From: Simkaniaceae bacterium
GTDB lineage: Bacteria > Chlamydiota > Chlamydiia > Chlamydiales > JAJFMI01
Direction of reading: 5' to 3'
Length of the DNA stretch: 32,868 nucleotides
Assembly: GCA_040880145.1 (NCBI GenBank)
Contig: JBBDIZ010000015.1
Span: 1 to 32,868 of the forward strand
Shown: piece after piece, positions 9,200-18,237 of the stretch
Position numbering within the stretch: the stretch's first letter is position 1
How the letters are laid out: each line of letters begins with the position of its first letter
Position numbers and translations under genes: made by a program
The notes under the pieces: generated by a model
Seen by the model: the letters and a program-made list of their open reading frames with translations, nothing else
Database searches by the model: none
Told to the model about the DNA's origin: nothing

Positions 9200-11877
9200 T
9201 CGCCCCAATTTTTTCCAAAAGAAATGTCCACGGTGAGGGGGACCTTAAGAGGGAAAACCCCCTCCATCGTACTCTTAACGAGTTGTTTAAGCTCTTGAAG
9301 ATCGGAATCTTTTACTTCAAAAATGAGTTCATCATGAATTTGAAGGATCATCTGGGCGTCTAAAGATGAGTTATAAATTTTTTTATATATCTCTAGCATG
9401 GCCATTTTAATGATATCTGCCTGAGTTCCTTGAAAAGGTGTATTGACCGCTAAGCGCTCTGATGCGGCCCGAATATTTGGATTAGAGCTCTTAATATTGG
9501 GAAGCGGACGTCGTCTCCCTGTCATTGTAGAGGCGTAGCCCTTTTGCCTTGCCTCTTCGACTAAGTGATCTAAGAAGTTTTTCACAGCCTTGATATTTTC
9601 GAAATAACGCTTAATGAATTCACGGGCCTTTACAAATTCGATGCCAAGCTCTTGTGCAAGTCCAAAAGGGCCTTGCCCATAGATCAATCCAAAATTAACC
9701 GCTTTCGCCTTGTAGCGCATTTCTTTTGTTACTTCATCAAGAGGGACGTCAAAAACTTTTGAAGCGGTAAACGTGTGAATATCTTTTTTCTCTTTAAAGG
9801 CTTTAATCAATACCGGATCTTCTGAAAGATGCGCTAAAATTCTCAATTCAATTTGGGAATAATCAGCTGAAAGAAAGCTAGAATCTTTTTTCTCAGGATG
9901 GAAAGCTTCGCGAATTTTCCGTCCCTCTATTGAGCGAGTCGGAATATTCTGAAGATTGGGATCTGTGCAGGAGAGCCTTCCCGTTGCGGCCACCGACTGA
10001 TTGAAAGAGCAGTGAATTCTTCCTGTCTTTGTGTTTACTTGCTTCGGTAGAGAGTCGACATAGGTGGAACGTAATTTTTCAAGCTGTCGATACTTTAAAA
10101 TTATTTTTGCGATTGGATTTTCTTCAGAGAGTGCATGTAAAATTTCGGCGCCCGTTCCAAGTGAAGTCCCTCTTTTTTTTAAAGGCCGTTTGATTTTTAG
10201 CCTTGTATAGAGAACTTCGCTCAACTGCTTGGGGGAGTTAATATTAAACGTGTGATTGGCTAACCGGTAGATTTCATCTTCAAGCTTTTTGATTTTTATC
10301 ACGAGCTCTTTCGACTTGATTTTCAGTTTCTCAGCATCGAGGAAGATGCCCGCTCTTTCCATTGAAGCGAGCACCGGAATTAGGGGCAGTTCGATTTTGT
10401 AAAATGTTTTTTCAAGCCCGAGTTCAACCAATTTGTCTTCAAATATTTTTTTCAACCTAAAGGTATAGTCGACATCTTCCGAGCAGTAGTCAGAAACCTC
10501 TTTAATGGGAACGTCCTTCATCGATTTTTCTTTTTTCCCTGAGCTGATTAAGGACTTGATGGCTGTTTTGACTTTCCCAAAGTATTCAAGAGTAAGCGGG
10601 TCTAATCCATGGCGGTTGCTCTCCGGAGAGATGACGTAAGAGGCGAGCATTGTATCAAAACTCACCTTTCGAATCTGTATGCCATAGTTCTCGAAGATAT
10701 GAAGGTCATATTTAATGTTATGGCCAAAAAAAGAGTGATTAGGCGAGTTCAATAATTTCTTGAGCTCTTTTATAATGAATTCTTGCTCGATTTCTCCATT
10801 GAAAGGGACGTAATAAGCCTCCCCCTCTTTGAAGCAAAAACCGATCCCAACAAGTTCTGCATCAATAGGAGAAAGCTTTGTGGTTTCTGTATCGATTGCT
10901 ATTTCTTCGGCAGCATAAAGAATTTTTAAAAGATCTAAAAAAGCCTCTTTTGAATTGATGAGGTGATAGTTGACTTCAATGGCATTAGGGCTCTTTATGG
11001 ATGTATTTTCTTCTCGATTGGATTGTTCACTTTTAATCTCTCTTAAAAGAGAGGTAAAGTTCATCTCTTCATAAAGCCTTATCAGTCCCTCTCGATCGGA
11101 TTTTTGTAAGAGATACTCATGGCTTTTTGTTGGCACAGTCAAATCAAGGTGTAAAGTGGCAAGCTTTTGACTTAAGAAAGCATTCTCACGATACTGAATG
11201 AGGTTTTCCTTTCGCTTACCTTTTAGCTCATCGATATGCTCATAAAGATTCTCCAACGTTTTATACTCGCCAAGAAGAGTTGAAGCAGCTTTAGGTCCTA
11301 GACCTGAGACTCCCGGAATGTTATCAGAGGTATCACCTGTAATTGCAAGATAGTCGATGATTTGATTGGGGTGTACTCCATAAAGATCCAATACTTTTTG
11401 TGAATCTATGATGAGGTTTTCTTTGTAGGTATTCAAGAGAAAAATGTGATCGTTTACGAGTTGACAAAGGTCTTTATCACTTGAGCAGACGAAGACTTTA
11501 GATCCCTCTTTTTCGCCCCATTTTGCAACGCAGCCAATGATATCATCCGCTTCCACACCCGGTAAACTTAAAAAAGGGAGGCCCGCTAGTTTACAAAACT
11601 TGATTGCAAGATCGAGTTGAGGGAAAAGATCATCGGGCATTTGTTTTCGATGGCTTTTATACTCTTTATAAATAGCTGAACGGCTTTTTTTATTATCAGG
11701 ACCATCGAAAACAGCTATAATATGGGTCGGGTTAAAATCTTTTAGAATTTTTTGGTAAGAACGAATGAATCCGAAGAGGGCATTTGTTGAAGCCCCATTT
11801 TTATTCGTCATTCCTTTTATGGCAAAGTAGGAGCGAAAGAGGTATTGAACCGCATCGAGAATGTAGAGTTTGTCCAT
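9193..11877 (-). CDS. polA: DNA polymerase I
   Basis: 5'-3' exonuclease (EADD, GDTSDNIPGV), 3'-5' exonuclease (DTET, HNIKYD), polymerase motifs ADYSQIELR, KAVNFG, QIHDEL. Confidence 0.99.
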   Translation of the reverse strand: MDKLYILDAVQYLFRSYFAIKGMTNKNGASTNALFGFIRSYQKILKDFNPTHIIAVFDGPDNKKSRSAIYKEYKSHRKQMPDDLFPQLDLAIKFCKLAGLPFLSLPGVEADDIIGCVAKWGEKEGSKVFVCSSDKDLCQLVNDHIFLLNTYKENLIIDSQKVLDLYGVHPNQIIDYLAITGDTSDNIPGVSGLGPKAASTLLGEYKTLENLYEHIDELKGKRKENLIQYRENAFLSQKLATLHLDLTVPTKSHEYLLQKSDREGLIRLYEEMNFTSLLREIKSEQSNREENTSIKSPNAIEVNYHLINSKEAFLDLLKILYAAEEIAIDTETTKLSPIDAELVGIGFCFKEGEAYYVPFNGEIEQEFIIKELKKLLNSPNHSFFGHNIKYDLHIFENYGIQIRKVSFDTMLASYVISPESNRHGLDPLTLEYFGKVKTAIKSLISSGKKEKSMKDVPIKEVSDYCSEDVDYTFRLKKIFEDKLVELGLEKTFYKIELPLIPVLASMERAGIFLDAEKLKIKSKELVIKIKKLEDEIYRLANHTFNINSPKQLSEVLYTRLKIKRPLKKRGTSLGTGAEILHALSEENPIAKIILKYRQLEKLRSTYVDSLPKQVNTKTGRIHCSFNQSVAATGRLSCTDPNLQNIPTRSIEGRKIREAFHPEKKDSSFLSADYSQIELRILAHLSEDPVLIKAFKEKKDIHTFTASKVFDVPLDEVTKEMRYKAKAVNFGLIYGQGPFGLAQELGIEFVKAREFIKRYFENIKAVKNFLDHLVEEARQKGYASTMTGRRRPLPNIKSSNPNIRAASERLAVNTPFQGTQADIIKMAMLEIYKKIYNSSLDAQMILQIHDELIFEVKDSDLQELKQLVKSTMEGVFPLKVPLTVDISFGKNWGEC

Positions 11878-11883
11878 GAGGAG

Positions 11884-12915
11884 TTAGGGCTTAAATAAAT
11901 AGAGAAAAGGCTCTTTATTAAAAGGCGTCTCCTCAAAAAATTCGTGCTTAATTTTTCCAGTAAGAAGGGGGGATTTTTCTTTAATAAGGTCTTGGAGAAA
12001 AGGCGTCTGTGATTTTAAAGACACAACCTGATACTCTCCATCAATTTTAGCGAGTTTTACGAGTTCATCCAAAGCCTCGGCATAATCGCCTTGATAGTCA
12101 TCGATGTAGCCATACTCAAGAGCGAGTGGGGCAGGATAAATATTGGCGCCATAAACCTCTTTTAGGTTTTCTTTTGTCAAACGGGGACGGCTTAAAGCTA
12201 CGATAGAGACAAAACGCTCATAGAGATATTCTGAGACGGGTTTTAGAGGCTTAGCTTCCTCCTCCGACCATTCTCTGTAGGGATTCAGAAGATCTTTATC
12301 TTTTCCTTCAATGAGACTGAGCTGTTTGACGCCATATTTTTGCATTAACTCATAAACGTTAAAGTTCGGCCCCATGATGACTCCGACAGAGCCAATGATG
12401 CTCACAGGCGTTGAGATGATTTTGTCAGCAGCGCATGCGGCATACATAGCGCCCGATGCGCAAAGTCCATTTACAAAAGCGTAAACGGGAACCTGATATT
12501 TTTCTTTATAGGTCATAATCATGCGATAGAGATTATCGGAATCGATCGCAGAGCCTCCGGGAGAGTTGATATCTAGCAAGACGGCTTTAACCCGTCCTTC
12601 CGATAGAGTAAACCCTTGAGAATCGTCGAATTGTCTTTGATAATCAGCAGATTGTTTATGACGGGATCCAATTACGCCTTGAATATTTACCTTTAAGACA
12701 ATCGGGGAGTTAGAGGAGAGAGGCGTTCTCTTTCCATTTGCGTCAGGTTCGATTTGAATAGTGGTTTGTTCCATAACAACATGGGACTTGCTTAAAAAAA
12801 GTGAGAAAACAACGACAATGATTCCAACACCGATGAGCGCCCCGATGGTTCCGAAGAGGGCTTTAGCAAACGATCTTAAAGCTGACACAAAAATAGACTC
12901 TCTTGATAAATTCAT
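11884..12915 (-). CDS. sohB: S49 family serine peptidase (SppA/SohB-like)
   Basis: N-terminal TM, INSPGGS, CASGAMY, GSVGV; upstream of polA as in Chlamydia. Confidence 0.9.
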   Translation of the reverse strand: MNLSRESIFVSALRSFAKALFGTIGALIGVGIIVVVFSLFLSKSHVVMEQTTIQIEPDANGKRTPLSSNSPIVLKVNIQGVIGSRHKQSADYQRQFDDSQGFTLSEGRVKAVLLDINSPGGSAIDSDNLYRMIMTYKEKYQVPVYAFVNGLCASGAMYAACAADKIISTPVSIIGSVGVIMGPNFNVYELMQKYGVKQLSLIEGKDKDLLNPYREWSEEEAKPLKPVSEYLYERFVSIVALSRPRLTKENLKEVYGANIYPAPLALEYGYIDDYQGDYAEALDELVKLAKIDGEYQVVSLKSQTPFLQDLIKEKSPLLTGKIKHEFFEETPFNKEPFLYLFKP

Positions 12916-12974
12916 AAAATTCCATCTTAAGACAAAGTCAGATTTTTGTCGCCTTTTTTTCGCTAAAAGTGTAA

Positions 12975-12996
12975 CCCCTCTGGCTTTAGTCAGGGG
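12975..12996. terminator. Short GC-rich hairpin after the GH8 stop (terminator or IS200/IS605-like end hairpin)
   Basis: CCCCT-CTGGC-TTTA-GTCAG-GGG; 6 nt from the GH8 stop codon. Confidence 0.45.
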
Positions 12997-13002
12997 AAGT
13001 TG

Positions 13003-14445
13003 TTAAGATGGCTGTAGTCCCGGCGGTAAAATAGAGGGGTCGAGATGGTCTAATATGCCTTCAGATACTAAAGCGAGTTCGATGGCAAAGTAGCTGCTTT
13101 GCCAGTCCTGCATTGAACCTGTATTATATTGAGATAAGTCCTGTTCAAAACAGGTTGCTACTTGGGTGATATCATCTTCTGTTACATCGGATGGCAAATT
13201 GCCCGTAGCCTGAAGCCCTGCAAGGGCGACGAGGAGGGGACCTGTAAATTGCCCATACCCGAGTCCTGTGGGTGTGAATGTCACAGTGCCATTGTCCCAA
13301 TTGAGATAACTGCCGTTGTTGGAAAAAATGTTACTAACCAAGGTGTTGAGTGAAGCTTCGACTTGAGGCTCGATACCAAGAGGATCTTTCCCTGTTTGGT
13401 TGCAGACGAGGAGGTACTCTCCAAACCGCATTAAAGTGCGTGTTGCATCGAAGCCAAATGAACTGGGGCCGCTGAGGCTCCACGGGGTATCGGGAATCCA
13501 TCCCCCATTGGAATTTTGGATATCAGTGATATAAGACATTGTATTTTTGGCAGCTTGTTGGAGGATTTTGACATTATTGGCTCCATTTATGGGATCGTTT
13601 TTTTCCTCCCAAACAACCATCTCGGTGAATTCTGTGGGATCGAAGTAATCAGGGTTCATAGCGTCATGTCCCCAGTTGTCAAGGGTCATAACGGGATCGT
13701 AAGTTGTTCCGTTAATAGTGACCGATCCAATGTCGCATTGAATGAAGCTATTGATTGTGGTTGTGATGAGATCTTTAAGAGATATTGACTGATAGGTATT
13801 AGGAGCCCCAGTGTCTGTAGGGTCCTCAGCTGTCATGGGTCCCCATTTATTGTAGGCCTCGATCATGGCCCCAATAATATCTTCGTCGGCATCGGATGCA
13901 GAGGAGACGAAATTAGAGGGGAGGTTTGAGTAGGGGCCTTCAGACGGCAAGTTGCCAATGTCTGGGGACCAGCCAATCAGACCAAATCCTTGGGGGTCAT
14001 TACGGTATTCTTCTGTTTGGTTAGCTAAGTAAAGGTAGCCATTTAGCAGTTGTTGGAAAAAATCCTTATCATTATATGCCACGGCATTTCTCATGGCATA
14101 GCCAAAAGCTTCTGAGGGTGTGTAATTGCTGATGCTTCCAGGTTGGCCTTGTGGCAGGACGTGACCGACTGGAAATGCCATGGTTACGCCGTTAACGGTG
14201 ACGTCGATAACACTCACTCCGTCAATGTCAAGGGTTTGGATTGTCGCAGGAGGAGTGTCTGCAGCAGGAGCGGCTCCTTTTGATAAGGCGGCCCCTGCTG
14301 ATTGGAGAAGGGGTTTTAAAAATTGTTGAACTGTGGTGAGATAGGCATTAAGAGCATTTTGTCCTTTGCCGGGCTGAACATTTTGAAGGGCTCGATAGAG
14401 ATCTTGGGCTGTTTTTTTTATATTCTCGGGATTTTCGGCTTTCAT
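13003..14445 (-). CDS. Glycoside hydrolase family 8 protein with an N-terminal extension
   Basis: GH8 motifs TPSEAFGYAM (E112), GLIGW, SASDADEDI (D185/D187), NPDYF, GWIPD, FGFDATR (D333); SD AAGGAG 6 nt upstream. Confidence 0.8.
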   Translation of the reverse strand: MKAENPENIKKTAQDLYRALQNVQPGKGQNALNAYLTTVQQFLKPLLQSAGAALSKGAAPAADTPPATIQTLDIDGVSVIDVTVNGVTMAFPVGHVLPQGQPGSISNYTPSEAFGYAMRNAVAYNDKDFFQQLLNGYLYLANQTEEYRNDPQGFGLIGWSPDIGNLPSEGPYSNLPSNFVSSASDADEDIIGAMIEAYNKWGPMTAEDPTDTGAPNTYQSISLKDLITTTINSFIQCDIGSVTINGTTYDPVMTLDNWGHDAMNPDYFDPTEFTEMVVWEEKNDPINGANNVKILQQAAKNTMSYITDIQNSNGGWIPDTPWSLSGPSSFGFDATRTLMRFGEYLLVCNQTGKDPLGIEPQVEASLNTLVSNIFSNNGSYLNWDNGTVTFTPTGLGYGQFTGPLLVALAGLQATGNLPSDVTEDDITQVATCFEQDLSQYNTGSMQDWQSSYFAIELALVSEGILDHLDPSILPPGLQPS

Positions 14446-14524
14446 GCGAGCTCCTTTTGTTGACCAGCTATAAAATAATTTTATTTTTGATGCAACAGGA
14501 GAGAGGTGCGCTTAAAGAGGAGGT

Positions 14525-14849
14525 CAGGGCACCGGACATTAAAAGAATAATTTCCATTTCTATTCGATTTTCAATTTCTTGATCTATCCAATATCCTAGT
14601 TGATATCCATAAATATTAGAATCTATTCATAGGATAAACGCGAGAGACGCAAGAGGCGGAAAGACGCGAGAGAAAGTAGTTAATGATTTATAATTTCTTC
14701 TCTCTGCCTCTCGCGTCTCCCCGCCTCTTGCGTTAATAGTTTAGAAAGGGGTGTGAATGAAAATGTCATTGGCAGTCTAAAAAGAATGGGTTACGGTTTA
14801 ACCCCATTTCTAGGCGGATAAAATTATTATTTCAATGCCTGGTGCCCTG
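14525..14849. mobile_element. 325-bp MITE (non-autonomous IS derivative with ISAs1-like CAGGGC ends)
   Basis: 29-bp TIRs, 25/29 identical (CAGGGCACCGGACATTAAAAGAATAATTT vs reverse complement CAGGGCACCAGGCATTGAAATAATAATTT); perfect 10-bp flanking direct repeat AAGAGGAGGT at 14515-14524 and 14850-14859; no transposase ORF. Confidence 0.92.
14638..14733. repeat. Internal palindrome built from ~9-nt ACGCRAGAG units
   Basis: Arm 14647-14672 ACGCAAGAGGCGGAAAGACGCGAGAG pairs 24/26 with arm 14708-14733; 35-nt spacer; extra unit at 14638-14646. Confidence 0.9.
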
Positions 14850-14867
14850 AAGAGGAGGTGTTCTTGA

Positions 14868-14896
14868 TTGCTTTTTTTTTCAAGAAGAGATAAGAT
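14868..14896 (+). promoter_or_regulatory. Putative sigma66/sigma70 promoter of tRNA-Leu
   Basis: TTGCTT-17 nt-TAAGAT, 22 nt upstream of the tRNA. Confidence 0.6.
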
Positions 14897-14918
14897 TAAT
14901 CCCTTCAAGAGCTGCTTT

Positions 14919-15002
14919 GCTCGGATGGTGGAATTGGTAGACACAAGGGACTTAAAATCCCTTGGAGGCAACTCCGTGCAGGTTCGAGTCCTGTTCCGAG
15001 CA
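14919..15002 (+). tRNA. trnL: tRNA-Leu(TAA), CCA not encoded
   Basis: Acceptor GCTCGGA/TCCGAGC + A, D-loop GGAATTGGTAGAC, anticodon arm AGGGA-CTTAAAA-TCCCT, long variable arm GGAG-GCAA-CTCC, T arm GCAGG-TTCGAGT-CCTGT. Confidence 0.97.
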
Positions 15003-15091
15003 ATCTTAAAACCACAAAGGGTTAAAGAAGGAAGTATCGACAGCGAGGTAAATTCTTCAGCCCGAATGGCACACTCGTGGCATACATTTAG

Positions 15092-15313
15092 ATGATGAGT
15101 AAAGAAATTCAAAACTACAAGCCTATCATTGTTTTTAAAGGGAAAAATATTAGAAGAGCAATGCATAACAACGAATGGTGGTTTGTTGTTAAGGATGTTG
15201 TTGAGGCTCTTACGGATACAACGAATTCTACCGACTACATCAAAAAGATGAGACAGCGTGACCCATCTCTTACTGAAGGTGGGGACAAATTGTCACCCCC
15301 CCCCTATCTGTAA
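15092..15313 (+). pseudogene. Truncated, frameshifted Bro-N (phage antirepressor-like) gene
   Basis: VFKGKNIRR...EWWFVVKDVVEALTD...DYIKKMR.RD is a Bro-N N-terminus; the expected WGQIVTP continues in another frame from 15280. Confidence 0.75.
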
Positions 15314-15379
15314 AAAATGCTGGGTTTTCAAAATTATTCAGGTATATTATCGATAAGGCAAAATGGCTTGAAGGTTTTT

Positions 15380-15811
15380 ATGTTTCGTTGGAATCATCAA
15401 TATTCAGTGGAGGTAGACACTCCACTACATGTGGCTTGGAATTTTTTCACAGATCCTAGCCATTGGCCCCTATATGATGATCGTATGGAGGCTTTTATCT
15501 TTGATGGAGATTTCAAATCTGGAGCTCAAGTAAAACTAAAACTCAAAAACAAACCAAATCACATTGGAATTTTGCTGACTGAAGTCAAGCCTCATCGTGA
15601 ATATCGGACTTTAATACATAGTTTACTTGCTAAAGAGGAAAAGCTCACTTCTTTCGAAGTGCTTGCTCCCAATAAAACACGAGTCACATTTCAAATTTGT
15701 GTTCTGAGCTGCCTTGTCCCTTTTATAAAATCAAAACTCCTGAAAAACATCGAAGAAGCTCAGGCTAAGTCCGCTCAAGCCTTGTTTCGGTATATAAGGC
15801 AATTTTCTTAA
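15380..15811 (+). CDS. SRPBCC / polyketide cyclase-dehydrase-like (START fold) protein
   Basis: SVEVDTPLHVAWNFFTDPSHWPLYD...DGDFKSG...TEVKPHRE...TRVT pattern; start ATG 15380 (track start 15317). Confidence 0.7.
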   Translation: MFRWNHQYSVEVDTPLHVAWNFFTDPSHWPLYDDRMEAFIFDGDFKSGAQVKLKLKNKPNHIGILLTEVKPHREYRTLIHSLLAKEEKLTSFEVLAPNKTRVTFQICVLSCLVPFIKSKLLKNIEEAQAKSAQALFRYIRQFS

Positions 15812-18237
15812 AAGGAGGTTACGCTTGCGACCTCCGCCACTTTTTTCTCTTCGGCCAAATATTTCTTCGCTCCGTGCAGAGCTGCTAAAACAGTAGCTGA
15901 ATAGAGGCAATAAATGGTGATTGCTATGAATTTATGCCCTATATGGATGTTTGGCATCGCTACAATAAGAAAACAGCCTGTAAAGCTTGTTTGGAGCAAG
16001 ACCCATGCTTGGAATGCAATAATGAGTCGATTCGACCTCTTCACAAGGATTAAATGGATCATCGACATTAAAAATACAACGACCCCAAAAATCATAAGTG
16101 GAGCTCCTTTAGGATCAATAGCAGCAAGGTTGAGGGTGCTGATGATCATGTAAAAAATTTGAGCTTTTTTAAGATAGTAGCTCAATCCATCTTGCGTAGG
16201 CCTTTTTTTTCTGGAAGTGAAGTAGATCGGAAACCAAATGATAAGGGCTGGAAATGAAGTTAGAAGTAAAAAACTAATATCTAAAAAGGATCCATGCGAG
16301 GCTGCTACAGTCATACAAGGAAAGCCTCTCCGAGAAATTTCGCTTAGCATTTGCCAGCAGTCGTGAAGAGCGTGTTTGGGAATATGATCTTGCAGATGCT
16401 TCAATTCAAAATTAAAGCATGCTCGATGTTTTTTGATTTCCATAGAGGAGTTATAGAAAAACGCTTCATACGCCTTTGTGGAATTGTCTCTGAAAGGAGC
16501 CCACTCCATATAGGGAGTTTCAATCTGAATTCGTTCTTTTACCCAAAGTGGATAGGAGATCTCATAAGGGGAAGATCGCCCAGGGTTGATTGATGAACAT
16601 AGATAACTGTTGAGAGTATGGGATAAGAGATCAAGCTTCTTTTGATCTTGAACGGTTCGAGTGGGAAGGTTGTAGGATTCAACTAAGGTGACAATGTTGT
16701 TTTTTCGATCGTCCGAGGTTTCCATAACTTCTTTAAGAGAGGCAGTTCCATAAATATCTTGCATCCGAGAAAGGCAGTTTTGTGAAATCTTTTCAGCCCC
16801 TCGCCACTTTAGAGATCTTCTTAATTTGTCAGCATTTGCTTCATAAAAAGTACTTTTCATTGTTAGATGCGCTAAATCTTCCTTCACTACAGTAAATTGG
16901 CTGTCGATTTCTGTGGGATTTTCAACAACCGGTTTTGGAAGAGGGGTTAAAGCGGATGTGTTTTTTGTAAGAACAAGCCCCCAGTTATAATCGGAAAAAA
17001 AGTTTTTCTCTAAAGAGCCTCCCTGCAAGCTCCACGTGGGATCCACAAAGTAGGTGGCATTTCCTATCTCAAGTTGAAGCACAATATGGTTGAACACAAA
17101 TGGGGTAGGCAATACGCCTGGAAGCGTTTTTCCTCTACTTGTGTGAACAAGGATCATCTTTGAGTGAATATCCATTGATTTAAGTAGAGCGTGTAAGAGG
17201 AAGGTTTTATCTTTGCAGTCTCCAAAACGGCGCTTAAAAGTGGTCGCTGGGTCTGTTGGCTGAAAGGCCCCCATGCCATCTTCAAAACCCAAATAACGAA
17301 TCTCATCCTGAACAAATCTTAGAGCGAAAAGAGCTTGTTTTGATAAATCGCCTGAAGACTTTTGCCACTTTTCGATCAAATCCTGCATCTCTGATGAGCA
17401 AAAATCTTTTGGAAGATCGTAAAGGGGAAGGATATTTTGAACGACTTCTTCCCATGATTTATACTCACTCATTTGAATATGCGCCGGTGGATTGTACCAC
17501 ACTGGCTGATTCCGCTCTTTTGCATAGGGAGGCGTCTCAGTAGTTTTCCATATCCACTCACGTGTAGAAGGGGTGAGATCTCGAATTTGGGGATCCACCT
17601 CTATATTGACAAGTTTTGTAGAGAAAGTCAGGCTGGGATCTGCTAAAAGACGATGGGTGATTTTTTCGACCGTAAAGGGTCTTTGCATATATTCCCAATC
17701 AGTATAGTGCGAGGATGTAAGCGGACTGTTTCCTACAAAAGAATAGGCGTATTCAATAAGGTCTCCTTCTCGAATGTCGTCGAGAAAATAAACAAGGGTA
17801 AGATCTCCATTATAAAGGTTTTGTTCTAACTCTGTTTCTCTTTGAATCAGATTATGGCGAGCATTTTCTAGCCTGTCATGCCACTTCCCTGCTCGAAAAA
17901 TATGGATATCATGCATCACTATTTGAGTGAAGGAAGGGTCAAAGTCGATTTTTATCTGTGAAATGATTTCTGTGCCGCTTTGCGTTAGGGCTTTGATTGC
18001 AAAATGACAATAGAGCGTCTTTTCCTCTACGTTCCTTTGAGTGTCAATGAGAAGATATTGTAAGTTGACCTGTGATGGTTTAGTTGGTATGGCGTCAACG
18101 GGAAAATCATTGGATTTAATCCATGAAGGCGGAGCTCCTTTAGAGTGTTGTGCAATTTGTTCAGCTGATGCATTTAGAGAAACACAGGAAAAAAATAATA
18201 AAAAAATCGTTTGAAAAAGTGAAAAAGTTGAGCGCAT
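15808..18237 (-). CDS. DUF3857 + transglutaminase-like domain protein with signal peptide and C-terminal TM helices
   Basis: Signal peptide ending ASA, PPSWI, DIREGDLIEYAY, FVQDEIRY, catalytic RFGDCKDK / FNH / VDPT, hydrophobic C-terminal ~160 aa. Confidence 0.85.
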   Translation of the reverse strand: MRSTFSLFQTIFLLFFSCVSLNASAEQIAQHSKGAPPSWIKSNDFPVDAIPTKPSQVNLQYLLIDTQRNVEEKTLYCHFAIKALTQSGTEIISQIKIDFDPSFTQIVMHDIHIFRAGKWHDRLENARHNLIQRETELEQNLYNGDLTLVYFLDDIREGDLIEYAYSFVGNSPLTSSHYTDWEYMQRPFTVEKITHRLLADPSLTFSTKLVNIEVDPQIRDLTPSTREWIWKTTETPPYAKERNQPVWYNPPAHIQMSEYKSWEEVVQNILPLYDLPKDFCSSEMQDLIEKWQKSSGDLSKQALFALRFVQDEIRYLGFEDGMGAFQPTDPATTFKRRFGDCKDKTFLLHALLKSMDIHSKMILVHTSRGKTLPGVLPTPFVFNHIVLQLEIGNATYFVDPTWSLQGGSLEKNFFSDYNWGLVLTKNTSALTPLPKPVVENPTEIDSQFTVVKEDLAHLTMKSTFYEANADKLRRSLKWRGAEKISQNCLSRMQDIYGTASLKEVMETSDDRKNNIVTLVESYNLPTRTVQDQKKLDLLSHTLNSYLCSSINPGRSSPYEISYPLWVKERIQIETPYMEWAPFRDNSTKAYEAFFYNSSMEIKKHRACFNFELKHLQDHIPKHALHDCWQMLSEISRRGFPCMTVAASHGSFLDISFLLLTSFPALIIWFPIYFTSRKKRPTQDGLSYYLKKAQIFYMIISTLNLAAIDPKGAPLMIFGVVVFLMSMIHLILVKRSNRLIIAFQAWVLLQTSFTGCFLIVAMPNIHIGHKFIAITIYCLYSATVLAALHGAKKYLAEEKKVAEVASVTSF

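Noticed and set aside
14638..14733. CRISPR array
   Set aside because: Units are adjacent ~9-mers in inverted arrangement with no unique spacers; no cas genes in the window
14810..15166. ORFs 14810-15166 (-) and 14868-15095 (+)
   Set aside because: They run across the tRNA-Leu gene and, for the first, the MITE end; spurious translations
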